Below are positions 48,429-58,565 of a stretch of DNA of 61,933 nucleotides, piece by piece. The notes beneath the pieces were generated by a model that had not been told where the DNA came from, ran no database searches, and worked only from the letters and a program-made list of their open reading frames with translations. Location of the stretch: positions 1-61,933 of the forward strand of contig CALKDH010000023.1 of the NCBI GenBank assembly GCA_938086805.1. The letters are read 5' to 3'. The position numbers were made by a program, and so were the translations under genes. Origin of the DNA: an uncultured PS1 clade bacterium. GTDB lineage: Bacteria; Pseudomonadota; Gammaproteobacteria; PS1; Pseudothioglobaceae. The number at the start of each line of letters is the position of its first letter. Position 1 is the first letter of the stretch.

Positions 48429-49502
48429 ATGTCAAAAATTCTCATTTTGCCTGGTGATGGCATTGGAACAGAAATTGTTTCTCAGGCTGTTAAAGTCATA
48501 AATTCATTGAATGCTAACCATTCAATGGATATGAATCTTGTTCATGGCCTTATTGGAGGTATTGCCTATGATGAAACTGGATCACCACTACCAGATGAAA
48601 CTATTAAAACTGCAAAAGATTGCGATTCAATACTTTTAGGTGCTGTTGGAGGCCCCAAATGGGAGCCATTAGAAAGAAGCTTGAGGCCAGAGAGAGGGTT
48701 ACTGGGGATCCGTTCGGAGCTTGGGTTGTTTTCCAATCTTAGACCGGCAATACTCTACCCCCAGCTGGCTTCAGCATCGAGCCTTAAAGCGGAAATAGTT
48801 TCTGGATTAGATTTGATGATTGTTCGTGAACTTGTTGGAGGGATCTATTTTGGTGAGCCACGGGGTGTTGAGAAAAGAAATGGTGAACGCTTTGGTATCA
48901 ATTCTGCAACTTATTATGAGTCTGAAATTGCACGTATTGGACACTCAGCCTTTCAGATAGCCCAAAAAAGAGGAAAACATGTCTGCTCTGTTGATAAGGC
49001 GAATGTTCTTGAAGTTTGTGAACTTTGGAGAGAAGTAATGGAGGAGGTTTCAAAGGGGTATCCTGATGTCAAACTTTCTCATCTGTACGTTGATAATGCT
49101 GCAATGCAGCTAGTAAGAGACCCAAAACAATTTGATGTAATGGTGACTAGTAATCTTTTTGGAGATGTTTTATCTGACTGTGCAGCTATGCTAACTGGTT
49201 CAATTGGAATGCTTCCATCAGCGTCATTAGATAAAGATAATTTTGGTATGTATGAGCCGATTCATGGCTCTGCACCAGATATTGCAGGAAAAGATATTGC
49301 AAATCCGTTAGCAACCATATTGTCTGTCTCGATGATGCTCAAATATTCTTTGAATCAGGCAGATCTGGCTGAAAAAATTAATATCGCAGTTAGTGATGTT
49401 CTAGATCAAGGATTCAGAACTAGAGATATAGCTTCTGGTGAGGATAAAGTGGTAGGAACAAATGAAATGGGCGATCTTGTGGTTAAAGCGCTGGAGTCTT
49501 AG
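48429..49502 (+). CDS. leuB: 3-isopropylmalate dehydrogenase
   Basis: [36 protein letters not shown]. Confidence 0.96.
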   Translation: MSKILILPGDGIGTEIVSQAVKVINSLNANHSMDMNLVHGLIGGIAYDETGSPLPDETIKTAKDCDSILLGAVGGPKWEPLERSLRPERGLLGIRSELGLFSNLRPAILYPQLASASSLKAEIVSGLDLMIVRELVGGIYFGEPRGVEKRNGERFGINSATYYESEIARIGHSAFQIAQKRGKHVCSVDKANVLEVCELWREVMEEVSKGYPDVKLSHLYVDNAAMQLVRDPKQFDVMVTSNLFGDVLSDCAAMLTGSIGMLPSASLDKDNFGMYEPIHGSAPDIAGKDIANPLATILSVSMMLKYSLNQADLAEKINIAVSDVLDQGFRTRDIASGEDKVVGTNEMGDLVVKALES

Positions 49503-50122
49503 TAAAGAACCTCTTCACTATCAATAGATCTCCATAGGAACCAACATGCAACGCTTCGGTATGGCCTCCACTGTTCTGAAATTTCAATAATTTTTTCTAA
49601 ACTGAGGGATTCACCATCTCCATAAATATTATTCATTGCTCGAATGATTCCTATATCTTTAATTGGAAAGATATCTTTTTCCAACAGATAAAACATCCCA
49701 AACATTTCTGCAGTCCAAGGGCCAACACCTTTGATTGTGATTAACTCATCATAAATATGTTTGTAGGATTTATCTTCCCAGTATGAATGGCTGTTTATCG
49801 AGAAGGAAATAAAATGATTACAAATATTTATTATGTACTGAGTTTTTTGTTTAGAAAGTCCACAAGACTTTAGGTCTTCAAAACTCAGAGCAAGGACATT
49901 TTGTGGATTTATTTTGCCAATTTTATTTTCTAGCTTTCCCCAAACGCTTGCTGCGGCTTGAACTGATATTTGTTGACCAACTATTGATCTTAGAAGGGTT
50001 TCTAGTGCCTCACCTCTAGATGCAATACAATAATCGGGATGATCGAGAAACAATCTTGCAAGTCTAGGGTCAGCATTCGATAAGAATTTTTTAGATTGAT
50101 GCCAGTATTCAGGGTGAGTCAT
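49499..50122 (-). CDS. DNA-3-methyladenine glycosylase (AlkA/HhH-GPD family)
   Basis: [29 protein letters not shown]. Confidence 0.88.
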   Translation of the reverse strand: MTHPEYWHQSKKFLSNADPRLARLFLDHPDYCIASRGEALETLLRSIVGQQISVQAAASVWGKLENKIGKINPQNVLALSFEDLKSCGLSKQKTQYIINICNHFISFSINSHSYWEDKSYKHIYDELITIKGVGPWTAEMFGMFYLLEKDIFPIKDIGIIRAMNNIYGDGESLSLEKIIEISEQWRPYRSVACWFLWRSIDSEEVLY

Positions 50123-50235
50123 GATTTGATTGAAATGGTTAAAACAAGAGATTTTTTTTGGATTAACTGATGATTTAGTATAGAAGACATTGTCGTATAA
50201 TTCTTGATAATTTAATAATAAATTAAGGTGAATGC

Positions 50236-51120
50236 ATGAGTGGCAAAAAAAATGTAACTTTTATTGGCCTAGGTACGATGGGCTATCCTATGGCAGGCCA
50301 TTTATCAAACTCAGGTCTTTTTAATGTGTGCGTGTTTAATCGATCTCAAGATAAATCTGATAAATGGATTCAGGAATATAAAGGAAGAGTAGCGAAAACA
50401 ATTAAGGAGGCTGTTTCAGATGCTGATGTAGTCATAACTTGCACTGGAAGAGACGAAGATATGATGGAAATTGTTTTTTCTGAGAATGGAATGATGGCTT
50501 ATCTTAAAAGTGGTTCTATTTTTATTGACCATACTACGACATCTTGTAAACTTGCAAAACACTTAAATGAGTCTTTGAAGTCTAAAGACATTGATTTTAT
50601 TGATGCTCCAGTTAGTGGTGGTGAGGCCGGTGCGGTAAATGGGGTATTAACTGTGATGGCCGGTGGAGACAAAGATATTTTAGAATCATGCGAATCAATC
50701 ATCAAAACATATTCAAAAAGTATTACCTTAATGGGGGAAGCTGGAGCAGGCCAATTAGCAAAAATGGTAAACCAAATTTGCATTGCTGGCCTATTACAAG
50801 GCCTATCAGAAGGACTATTGTTTGCTGAAGCTGAAAATCTAGATATAGATAAATTATTATCCGCAATTTCTGGAGGAGCAGCACAATCTTGGCAAATGGT
50901 AAATAGGGGGAAAACTATGCACCAAAGACAGTTCGATTTTGGATTTGCAATAAAGTGGATGATCAAAGATTTAGGATATTGCTTAGATCAGGCTAAGGGA
51001 AATCAAACTAATTTGTCCTTTACACAAGATGTTTATGACAGATATACAAATCTAATGAGCAATGGACACAAGTATAGTGATACATCAGCCTTAATAGCTT
51101 TTGATGAATTGAATAATTAA
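50236..51120 (+). CDS. NAD(P)-dependent oxidoreductase, 3-hydroxyisobutyrate dehydrogenase family
   Basis: FIGLGTMGYPMAGHL, DAPVSGG, KMVNQI, FDFGFA..WM.KDL. Confidence 0.9.
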   Translation: MSGKKNVTFIGLGTMGYPMAGHLSNSGLFNVCVFNRSQDKSDKWIQEYKGRVAKTIKEAVSDADVVITCTGRDEDMMEIVFSENGMMAYLKSGSIFIDHTTTSCKLAKHLNESLKSKDIDFIDAPVSGGEAGAVNGVLTVMAGGDKDILESCESIIKTYSKSITLMGEAGAGQLAKMVNQICIAGLLQGLSEGLLFAEAENLDIDKLLSAISGGAAQSWQMVNRGKTMHQRQFDFGFAIKWMIKDLGYCLDQAKGNQTNLSFTQDVYDRYTNLMSNGHKYSDTSALIAFDELNN

Positions 51121-51145
51121 AATCAAACAAGATGAGACAGCCCAA

Positions 51146-51970
51146 ATGATCAAAGCTTCCATCAGAGAAAATCAACTCAATGACTTTCGAAAGAACGGAT
51201 TTTTGACATTAGATAATTTTCTTAATTTGGAATATCTCGAGAAATTAAAAAAAAGAATTGAGCTTCTTTTTGAGGGGGAGTTTGAAACTGGAATTCATCC
51301 AGATGAATGGAACTGGAGAAGTGGGAGAGATCCTGACGATGTTACAAGACAAATTTGTAACGCTTGGAAATCTGATAGTTTGATTAAAGAGGTCGTTTGT
51401 AATCCAGTTATTGGACAAATCATTTCTGAATTGATGGGTTGGAAAGGTGCAAGACTTATACAGGATAATGTTTTATGGAAGCCTCCTCAAGGCAAGTCAC
51501 TTTCATATCACCAAGATTCAGCATATATTGACTGGGTAGTTCCACAGAGCATGGCCACTTGTTGGATTCCACTTGATAATACTCTGAAGGAAAATGGTAC
51601 TTTAGAATTTGCCGTTAAGTCTCATCTTTGGGAGTTATGTCCACCATCAGACAGCTTTCATGCACCAGAAGATTATAAGAAAGAGCTTAATCGTTATCTA
51701 AAAAACAATGATAAGAAACTTCAGACATTCGCAGTTGAAGTTCCTGCTGGAGGAGTTTCATTCCACCATGGCCTGACTTGGCATGGATCAGGATTGAACC
51801 AAACAAATCAGGATCGAATGGTTATCGTTGCACATTGTGTTCCAGATGATGCTAAGTTTCATGCTTCCAATTGTGGAGGCACTGGAAAAATCTATAGAAG
51901 ATATAAATTAAATAATAGAGATAATTTAGATGATAGTTTTTTCCCTTTACTATGGAAAAATAATCAGTAA
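51146..51970 (+). CDS. Phytanoyl-CoA dioxygenase (PhyH) family protein
   Basis: HQD, WIPLD...ENG.L, SH, FHHGLTWHGS..N...R. Confidence 0.85.
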   Translation: MIKASIRENQLNDFRKNGFLTLDNFLNLEYLEKLKKRIELLFEGEFETGIHPDEWNWRSGRDPDDVTRQICNAWKSDSLIKEVVCNPVIGQIISELMGWKGARLIQDNVLWKPPQGKSLSYHQDSAYIDWVVPQSMATCWIPLDNTLKENGTLEFAVKSHLWELCPPSDSFHAPEDYKKELNRYLKNNDKKLQTFAVEVPAGGVSFHHGLTWHGSGLNQTNQDRMVIVAHCVPDDAKFHASNCGGTGKIYRRYKLNNRDNLDDSFFPLLWKNNQ

Positions 51971-52022
51971 TTAATTTATTCTTTTGATATAAATAATTTT
52001 AAGCAATGGCATAATATAAATT

Positions 52023-52574
52023 ATGAGACAAAAGCCTAAAATAACCAATATTCACACTGTCGCCCAGAGCCGTATTTTTAATCTTGAATCATTGGATGTT
52101 GAGTTTTCCAATGGAGCAACCCGAGTTTATGAAAGATTAATGTCTAGAGGTAATGGAGCTGTTTTAGTTATTCCTATGTTAGATGATGAAACGGTTTTAA
52201 TGATTTATGAGTTTTCTGGTGGAACTGAAAGATATGAGTTAGGTCTGACAAAGGGAAAGATTGATAAGGGAGAGACACCAGTCGAAGCTGCTGGCAGAGA
52301 GTTAAAAGAGGAAATTGGATATGGAGCGAAAAAACTGACTTTTTTAAAAACAATAACATTGGCTCCTGGTTACCAGTCCAGTGAAACGCATATTGTTTTG
52401 GCTGAAGATCTATACGAAGAGTCTGCAGAAGGTGATGAGCCAGAACCTTTAGAAATTGTTCCAAAAAAACTATCAGAGTTAGAGCAATTAACTTACAACA
52501 AAGATTTAACAGAGGCCAGAAGTATACTTGCTCTCTATATGGCACGAGAGATTATCAATAATAGAGAAAAGTGA
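52023..52574 (+). CDS. nudE: ADP compounds hydrolase NudE
   Basis: FSNG..R.YERL, Nudix box G.IDKGE...AA.RELKEEIG, GDEPEP. Confidence 0.9.
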   Translation: MRQKPKITNIHTVAQSRIFNLESLDVEFSNGATRVYERLMSRGNGAVLVIPMLDDETVLMIYEFSGGTERYELGLTKGKIDKGETPVEAAGRELKEEIGYGAKKLTFLKTITLAPGYQSSETHIVLAEDLYEESAEGDEPEPLEIVPKKLSELEQLTYNKDLTEARSILALYMAREIINNREK

Positions 52575-53230
52575 TTGCGATACCGCCATCTTTTTGGCTT
52601 GACACTAATGAATTAAAGTTTCCTGAATTAAATCAAGCTCTCAAAGAGCCAAATGGTTTAATTGGTATAGGTGGAGATTTGTCTTCTGAAAGATTGATTC
52701 ATGCCTATTCGAGTGGAATTTTTCCTTGGTATGGAAAGGATGAACCAATTTTGTGGTATTCACCAGACCCTAGAATGGTAATAACACCTGAGGCTTTTCA
52801 TCTTTCAAAAAGTTTAAGAAAGACTATTAATTCATCAAAATATAATGTCAGAGTGAATACTGTTTTCTTCGATGTAATTACACATTGTCAAAATGTATAT
52901 AGGTCTGGACAATCAGGAACATGGATAAGTAATGATATGATTAAAGCTTACTGCAACCTTCATGATGCAGGATATGCCCATTCTTACGAAGTTTTTTTAG
53001 GTGAAAAGCTTGTAGGAGGCTTATATGGCGTTGCATTAGGAAGTGTTTTTTTCGGGGAGTCGATGTTTTCGTTGGTTAGCAATGCTTCCAAAGTTGCATT
53101 TGCTCATCTTCTTCAAAAAAGTGACTATAAATTAATCGATTGCCAGGTAGAGAACAAGCATCTAGAAAGCTTAGGTGCTTTTAATATGCCCAGAGATTTG
53201 TTTATGCAACAGCTTAAAGCCTTTGTGTAA
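52571..53230 (+). CDS. aat: Leucyl/phenylalanyl-tRNA--protein transferase
   Basis: GGDLS, GIFPW, WYSPDPR, GGLYGV, FFGESMF, IDCQ. Confidence 0.93.
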   Translation: MIAIPPSFWLDTNELKFPELNQALKEPNGLIGIGGDLSSERLIHAYSSGIFPWYGKDEPILWYSPDPRMVITPEAFHLSKSLRKTINSSKYNVRVNTVFFDVITHCQNVYRSGQSGTWISNDMIKAYCNLHDAGYAHSYEVFLGEKLVGGLYGVALGSVFFGESMFSLVSNASKVAFAHLLQKSDYKLIDCQVENKHLESLGAFNMPRDLFMQQLKAFV

Positions 53231-53256
53231 AATGATACCTTTGATAAGGTGATTCT

Positions 53257-53388
53257 ATGAGAAATCAAATTAAACTTTTTTTATTAGTTTCTATTGTTGT
53301 TACTCTAACAGCCTGTGGGCGTATGGGTGATCTCGTGCCTATCAATGAGGCAAAAGTTGCCTCAGTTGAAGAAACAACCAGTAGCTGA
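53257..53388 (+). CDS. Small lipoprotein, LptM/YifL(LppL)-like (43 aa)
   Basis: Not in the ORF track. MRNQIKLFLLVSIVVTLTACGRMGDLVPINEAKVASVEETTSS, with lipobox LTAC followed by GxxGxL. AAGGTG upstream; directly before lysA. Confidence 0.75.
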   Translation: MRNQIKLFLLVSIVVTLTACGRMGDLVPINEAKVASVEETTSS

Positions 53389-53398
53389 AATAATACAA

Positions 53399-54652
53399 TT
53401 GAACTCATTCAATTTTCAAAATCATAATCTTTATGCAGAGTCTTTGCGAGTTTCAGACTTAATGCACTCCTATGGATCCCCACTCTATATTTATTCAAAG
53501 AGTCAAATTGAATTCAATTGGAATCTGTTTGAGCAATCTTTTGAAAGCCATCCCCATTTAATTTGTTACGCAGTAAAAGCGAATTCAAATATTGCTGTCT
53601 TAAATATTCTTGCAAAACTTGGTTCTGGTTTTGATATTGTTTCATTGGGTGAGTTAGAGAGAGTTATTGCTGCTGGAGGAGATCCAAGAAAATGTGTTTT
53701 TTCAGGAGTTGCAAAAAATGAAAATTCAATTAAAAAAGCACTTGAATATGGCATTTATTGTTTTAATGTTGAATCCGAAGATGAGTTAGCTCGTATAGAA
53801 TTTGTTGCCTCCTCTATGAATATGACTGCACCTATCTCCATTCGGGTAAATCCAAATGTTGATGCAAATACTCATCCTTATATATCCACTGGGCTAACTG
53901 AGAATAAATTTGGAGTTGGCTCTGATATTGCTTTATCAATGTACAAAAAAGCATCATCATCAACACATTTAAAAGTTTGTGGTCTTGACTATCATATAGG
54001 ATCTCAAATTACCGATTTGTCACCTTTTCTAGAGGCTCTTGATCGCGCATTAGAACTGATTGAAAAGTTAAAGTCTGAAAATATATTCATTAATCATTTA
54101 GATATAGGTGGGGGTGTTGGAGTTTCATATAATCAAGAAAAAACTATCGATATTAAAGAATACTTAAATTCTGTAATTGAACGAGTTGGCTCATTGAAGA
54201 TACTGGTTGAGCCTGGGCGTTCAATTGTTGGGGATGCAGGTATCTTTGTAACAAAAGTAGAGTATTTGAAACAAAATGATCTCAAGTCCTTTGCAATTGT
54301 AGATGGTGCCATGAATGATTTAATCAGACCTTCTCTTTATGATTCACACCATCAAGCTGTATTGATTGACAACAACTCTAGAGGTATTAACGATGAATGG
54401 GATATTGTTGGTCCAGTATGCGAGTCTGCAGATTTTTTAGCTAAAAATAGAAATCTGACTTTAGAAAAAGGAGATTATATTGCAATAATGACTGCTGGTG
54501 CTTATGGTTTTGTCCTAAGCTCTAACTATAACTCAAGGCCAAGAGTAGCAGAAGTCATGGTTAGTGGTATTAAACATAGCCTAGTAAGAAAGAGAGAAAC
54601 AATCGAATCCCTTTTTGAAAACGAGATTTTATTTGAAGATGAAACTCACTAA
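53399..54652 (+). CDS. lysA: Diaminopimelate decarboxylase
   Basis: YAVKAN, HIGSQ, EPGR, GPVCES.D, SNYNSRP. TTG at 53399 preferred because the longer start overlaps the lipoprotein. Confidence 0.94.
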   Translation: MNSFNFQNHNLYAESLRVSDLMHSYGSPLYIYSKSQIEFNWNLFEQSFESHPHLICYAVKANSNIAVLNILAKLGSGFDIVSLGELERVIAAGGDPRKCVFSGVAKNENSIKKALEYGIYCFNVESEDELARIEFVASSMNMTAPISIRVNPNVDANTHPYISTGLTENKFGVGSDIALSMYKKASSSTHLKVCGLDYHIGSQITDLSPFLEALDRALELIEKLKSENIFINHLDIGGGVGVSYNQEKTIDIKEYLNSVIERVGSLKILVEPGRSIVGDAGIFVTKVEYLKQNDLKSFAIVDGAMNDLIRPSLYDSHHQAVLIDNNSRGINDEWDIVGPVCESADFLAKNRNLTLEKGDYIAIMTAGAYGFVLSSNYNSRPRVAEVMVSGIKHSLVRKRETIESLFENEILFEDETH

Positions 54653-54938
54653 TAATCAAAAAAAATATTTAAGATCATTAGCCCATGAATTAAAGCCATT
54701 TGTGATGATTGGTCAACAGGGTTTAAGTGAGTCGGTATTAGCTGAAATTAATTCTACATTGTTGAAGCATGAATTAATCAAGATCAAGTTAAGGGTTGAG
54801 AATCGTAATGATAAACAAGAGATTGTAGAGAAAATAATTGAATTTTCTAATGCTAAACTGGTTCAAGTTATAGGCGGAGTTTTAGTTATTTATCGGCCTT
54901 TTGAGGATAACCCTGATATTATCTTGCCTAGATCTTAA
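54639..54938 (+). CDS. yhbY: Ribosome assembly RNA-binding protein YhbY
   Basis: LT..QK.YLR.LAH.LKP...IG..GL, HELIK, VQ.IG...V.YR. Confidence 0.9.
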   Translation: MKLTNNQKKYLRSLAHELKPFVMIGQQGLSESVLAEINSTLLKHELIKIKLRVENRNDKQEIVEKIIEFSNAKLVQVIGGVLVIYRPFEDNPDIILPRS

Positions 54939-54985
54939 GATTTTAAGAGCTTAATAAAGTTTAATATGCCCTCGAAATTAAAAAA

Positions 54986-56071
54986 ATGAAGATAGCTTTC
55001 AGTGCTGCAGAAACCTCGGGAGATTTGATTGCCTCATCTTTGGTTGAGGCTTTAAAGCAGAAGCAACCAAATTGTGAGATTGATGGTTTAGCTGGAGACA
55101 AAATGCTAGAAGCTGGCTGTAATAGGCTGTGGCATATGAATGAAGTCAATGTGATGGGGCTTAGTGAAGTTTTGAGAAAGCTGCCATCCATCTTAAAACT
55201 AAGAAAACAAATCTCTGCTCACTATCTTGAAAATAAGCCCGATATATTTATAGGTGTTGATTCTCCAGATTTCAATTTTAAGCTAGAGCGCATCCTAAAA
55301 AATAAAGGTATTAAAACAATTCATTTAATTAGTCCTTCAGTTTGGGCTTGGCGATCTAAAAGAATAAAAAGAATCAAAGAGTCTACTGACTTAATTCTAT
55401 GTTTGTTTCCTTTTGAAGTTAATTATTACAAGCAATATAATCAAAAAGCAGTTTTTATTGGACACCCTTTGGCTGAAATTTTGAAACCAAGGAAAAACTT
55501 TAAATCAAATAAAAATGTTTTAATAATGCCGGGCTCACGTGAATCAGAGATTAAGTATTTGTTGCCAGAATTATTAGAAGCAGCAAAATTAATGAAATTA
55601 AAAGATGATAATCTAATTTTTAATATATCTCTTGCTAATGATCATCAATTAAATTGGATTAATAAAAGAATAGAAGGACTAGATATAAGTGTCAGTGTGG
55701 GTGATTCACACAAACAAATTAGTAATTCAGATCTAGTGCTTGTAGCGTCAGGAACCGCAGCTCTTGAGGTCGGTTTATTGGCAGTTCCAATGGTTGTCGT
55801 ATATAAACTTTCTTATATTAGTTATCAGATTGTAAGTCGCTTACTTCATACTAGTGAAATATCACTTCCAAATAAAATATTAGGTGGGAATATTGTGCCA
55901 GAATTAATTCAGGATGAGGCCAACGGCAAGAATATTTCTGAACATGCAATGAAATTATTAAGTTCTGATAATACTATGCTTATAAATGAATTAGAAAAAA
56001 TTCATAACTTGTTAAATCAGGATTCCAGCAGTAAATCTGCTAAAGCCATTATCGATTATATAAATGAATAA
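54986..56071 (+). CDS. lpxB: Lipid-A-disaccharide synthase
   Basis: E.SGD, VMGL.EVL, DSPDFN, SPSVWAWR, PFE, GHP, PGSR.SE, ASGTA.LE. Confidence 0.93.
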   Translation: MKIAFSAAETSGDLIASSLVEALKQKQPNCEIDGLAGDKMLEAGCNRLWHMNEVNVMGLSEVLRKLPSILKLRKQISAHYLENKPDIFIGVDSPDFNFKLERILKNKGIKTIHLISPSVWAWRSKRIKRIKESTDLILCLFPFEVNYYKQYNQKAVFIGHPLAEILKPRKNFKSNKNVLIMPGSRESEIKYLLPELLEAAKLMKLKDDNLIFNISLANDHQLNWINKRIEGLDISVSVGDSHKQISNSDLVLVASGTAALEVGLLAVPMVVVYKLSYISYQIVSRLLHTSEISLPNKILGGNIVPELIQDEANGKNISEHAMKLLSSDNTMLINELEKIHNLLNQDSSSKSAKAIIDYINE

Positions 56072-56888
56072 TGAAATAAAACAAATTGTTCAATTAGCCA
56101 TTTCAGAAGATGTTGGCCGAGGAGACCTAACTTCGGCTTTGTTAGAAAATAAAATGATTGAAGCTGAGATCATATGTAAAGAAAATGCAGTTATATGTGG
56201 TAAAGAATTTGTAAATCTTTGTTTTAATTTAATTGATCCTAAAATTCAAATTAAATGGAATATTGAGGATGGTTCAAGTGTAAGTTCTGGTCAAATTTTA
56301 TGCAGTATAAGGGGTTTTGCAAAAACAATAGTTACTGCTGAGAGGGTTTCATTAAATTTCTTGCAAATACTCAGCTCTACCTCTACTAAAACTTCTGAAT
56401 TAGTTCAATTAATTAGAGGCACAAATGCAAAATTACTTGACACAAGAAAAACAATTCCAGGACTTAGAAGGGCTCAAAAGCATGCTGTCAAGTGTGGTGG
56501 TGGCGTTAATCATAGGATGGGTTTATACGATTGCATAATGTTAAAGGAGAATCATATTTTAGCAATTGGCTCTCTTGAAGTTTTAGTAAGAAATGCTGTT
56601 AGTATGTTTCCTGATATGCCAATCATAGTTGAAGTAGAGTCACTTGATGAACTTCGAACTGCTCTTTCAATCAAAGATATTACTCGTATTTTGTGTGATA
56701 ACTTTTCTCTTAAGGATCTCAAAGAGGCTGTAAAGCTCTCAAGAGGAATTTATCCTATTGAGGCTTCTGGAGGAATTAATGAAACTAATATTATGGACCA
56801 TGCTGAAACAGGCGTAGACTTTATTTCGATAGGTTCAATTACAAAAAACGTAAAATCGATAGACCTCTCTTTAAGGTTCGTATCTTAG
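56064..56888 (+). CDS. nadC: Nicotinate-nucleotide diphosphorylase (carboxylating)
   Basis: EDVG.GD.T, DTRKTIPGLR, HRMGLYD, KENH, EASGG. Confidence 0.95.
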   Translation: MNNEIKQIVQLAISEDVGRGDLTSALLENKMIEAEIICKENAVICGKEFVNLCFNLIDPKIQIKWNIEDGSSVSSGQILCSIRGFAKTIVTAERVSLNFLQILSSTSTKTSELVQLIRGTNAKLLDTRKTIPGLRRAQKHAVKCGGGVNHRMGLYDCIMLKENHILAIGSLEVLVRNAVSMFPDMPIIVEVESLDELRTALSIKDITRILCDNFSLKDLKEAVKLSRGIYPIEASGGINETNIMDHAETGVDFISIGSITKNVKSIDLSLRFVS

Positions 56889-57640
56889 GCAAAAGCCATA
56901 AAAGAGGGGCTAATATTATCTTTAGTTAAGTTGTATTTCAATGCTTTATTGTTAAGATCGACAACTTTTCCACCTGCGCCTTCAAGTATAAATACACCAG
57001 CTGCTGTATCCCATTCAGAGCATCGCCCAAATTTAGGATAATAATGATAGACTCCTTCTGCAATGAGACAAAATTTAAGCGCACTTCCAAGTTTAAAGGT
57101 TTCAAAATTTGTTTTAAGTTTGAGGTGTTCTTTAAGTTTTTTATTATTAGTTGAATATCTTCCAATTACAATTTTTTTCCATCTTTTGGGTTTTGTTGTA
57201 ACAATTTTTGATACTTCTCTGTTTACAATTTTGATTGAAGATTCGTGAGCTAATCGATAGTAGTGAACTTTATTAAAAGGTGAGTAAATTAATCCAAACG
57301 TGGGATAGTTTTGTTTGATAAAGGCAATACTGATACAAAAATCTGGAGATCCATCTATAAAGTCTCGAGTACCATCTAATGGGTCGATTAACCAGTATTC
57401 ATTCCATGATTGTCTGACAGTAAATGGAATATGAGATGATTCCTCAGAAAGAATTGGAATATTTGGGGTTAGCTTTTCTAGAGCATTTACTAAAAACTCA
57501 TGGGATGCTTTATCTGCAGCAGTAAGAGGAGTAGTATCATCTTTGGTTGAATAATCTGAAGAATGTTTATGGAACTTCATGATTATTTCACCAGCTTCAG
57601 TAGAAAGCTCTAGGAGCTTTGAGAGTAATGATGGATTCAT
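56885..57640 (-). CDS. cysQ: 3'(2'),5'-bisphosphate nucleotidase CysQ, paralog 2
   Basis: KDD.TP.T.AD, SEE, WLIDPLDGT, GSALK, EWDTAAG. Confidence 0.88.
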   Translation of the reverse strand: MNPSLLSKLLELSTEAGEIIMKFHKHSSDYSTKDDTTPLTAADKASHEFLVNALEKLTPNIPILSEESSHIPFTVRQSWNEYWLIDPLDGTRDFIDGSPDFCISIAFIKQNYPTFGLIYSPFNKVHYYRLAHESSIKIVNREVSKIVTTKPKRWKKIVIGRYSTNNKKLKEHLKLKTNFETFKLGSALKFCLIAEGVYHYYPKFGRCSEWDTAAGVFILEGAGGKVVDLNNKALKYNLTKDNISPSFMAFA

Positions 57641-57731
57641 GCATTCATTATAACATTGAGAGTCTTAATTATTTTTTGTCAGGCCTAATCTTGAGTAAAA
57701 TTTATTTTTTCTTTGATATATTTATGAAAAC

Positions 57732-58427
57732 ATGAAAAAACAAGTATTGGCTATGGGTGGAGGTGGTTTTACATCGAAACCTCAAAATTTAAAGTTAGAT
57801 GAATATCTTTTAACTCTGTCTGATAAAAAGAATCCCAAGGTTTGTTTTATACCTACAGCAAGTGGAGATGATGAAAGTTATAGAAGAAGATTTTATTCGT
57901 CTTATAAAAAATTAAACTGTGAAACAAGCCATTTATCACTATTTTGGCCTCCTGAAGGTGATTTAAGGGAGTTTGTTCTAGACAAGGATATTTTTTATGT
58001 TGGTGGAGGAAATACACGGAATCTCATGCTGCTTTGGAAAGAGTGGAGTCTTGATGTATATCTTGAAGAGGCGTGGAATAAGGGTGCTATTATGGCAGGA
58101 CTGAGTGCAGGTTCTATTTGTTGGTTTGAAAAAGGGTTAACTGATTCTGTTACTGGAAAACTACTTCCGCTCGATTGTTTGGGTTTTTTGCCAAATAGTA
58201 ATTGTCCTCATTTTGATACTGAGTCTCAACGCAGGCCTGAGTATCACAAAGCTATTTTAGACGGATCTTTAATGGAGGGCATTGCTTGTGATGATGGAGT
58301 TGCAGCTCACTTTATCGATGGTAAGCTCAAGCGTTGTGTCTCATCACTACCCAAAGCAAAGGCTTATTTCGTGAGAGAAAGAAATGGCGCTATTGATGAA
58401 TCAATAATTGAGCCACTTTATCTGTAA
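57732..58427 (+). CDS. pepE: Peptidase E (S51 family)
   Basis: GGGGF, FIPTASGD, VGGGNT, GLSAGS, CPH. Confidence 0.85.
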   Translation: MKKQVLAMGGGGFTSKPQNLKLDEYLLTLSDKKNPKVCFIPTASGDDESYRRRFYSSYKKLNCETSHLSLFWPPEGDLREFVLDKDIFYVGGGNTRNLMLLWKEWSLDVYLEEAWNKGAIMAGLSAGSICWFEKGLTDSVTGKLLPLDCLGFLPNSNCPHFDTESQRRPEYHKAILDGSLMEGIACDDGVAAHFIDGKLKRCVSSLPKAKAYFVRERNGAIDESIIEPLYL

Positions 58428-58443
58428 TTAAATTAAGACTTTT

Positions 58444-58473
58444 AAAAAAAACCTAGCATTAGCTAGGTTTTTT
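58444..58473. terminator. Bidirectional intrinsic terminator between pepE and the tRNA
   Basis: AAAAAAAACCTAGC-atta-GCTAGGTTTTTT hairpin with T-tracts on both strands, between convergent genes. Confidence 0.8.
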
Positions 58474-58478
58474 GTAAT

Positions 58479-58555
58479 TGGTGGGCCTACTTGGACTTGA
58501 ACCAAGGACCAATCGATTATGAGTCGACTGCTCTAACCAACTGAGCTATAGGCCC
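58479..58555 (-). tRNA. tRNA-Ile2 (anticodon CAT, lysidine type)
   Basis: Reverse complement GGGCCTATAGCTCAGTTGGTTAGAGCAGTCGACTCATAATCGATTGGTCCTTGGTTCAAGTCCAAGTAGGCCCACCA. Resembles E. coli ileX and, like it, lies downstream of rpoD; CCA is encoded. Confidence 0.9.
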
Positions 58556-58565
58556 TGGCAAAGAG

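Noticed and set aside
58479-58555. tRNA-Met call, or tRNA used as an island integration site
   Set aside because: Sequence and position match Ile2-type CAT tRNAs; no integrase or duplicated 3' end was seen.
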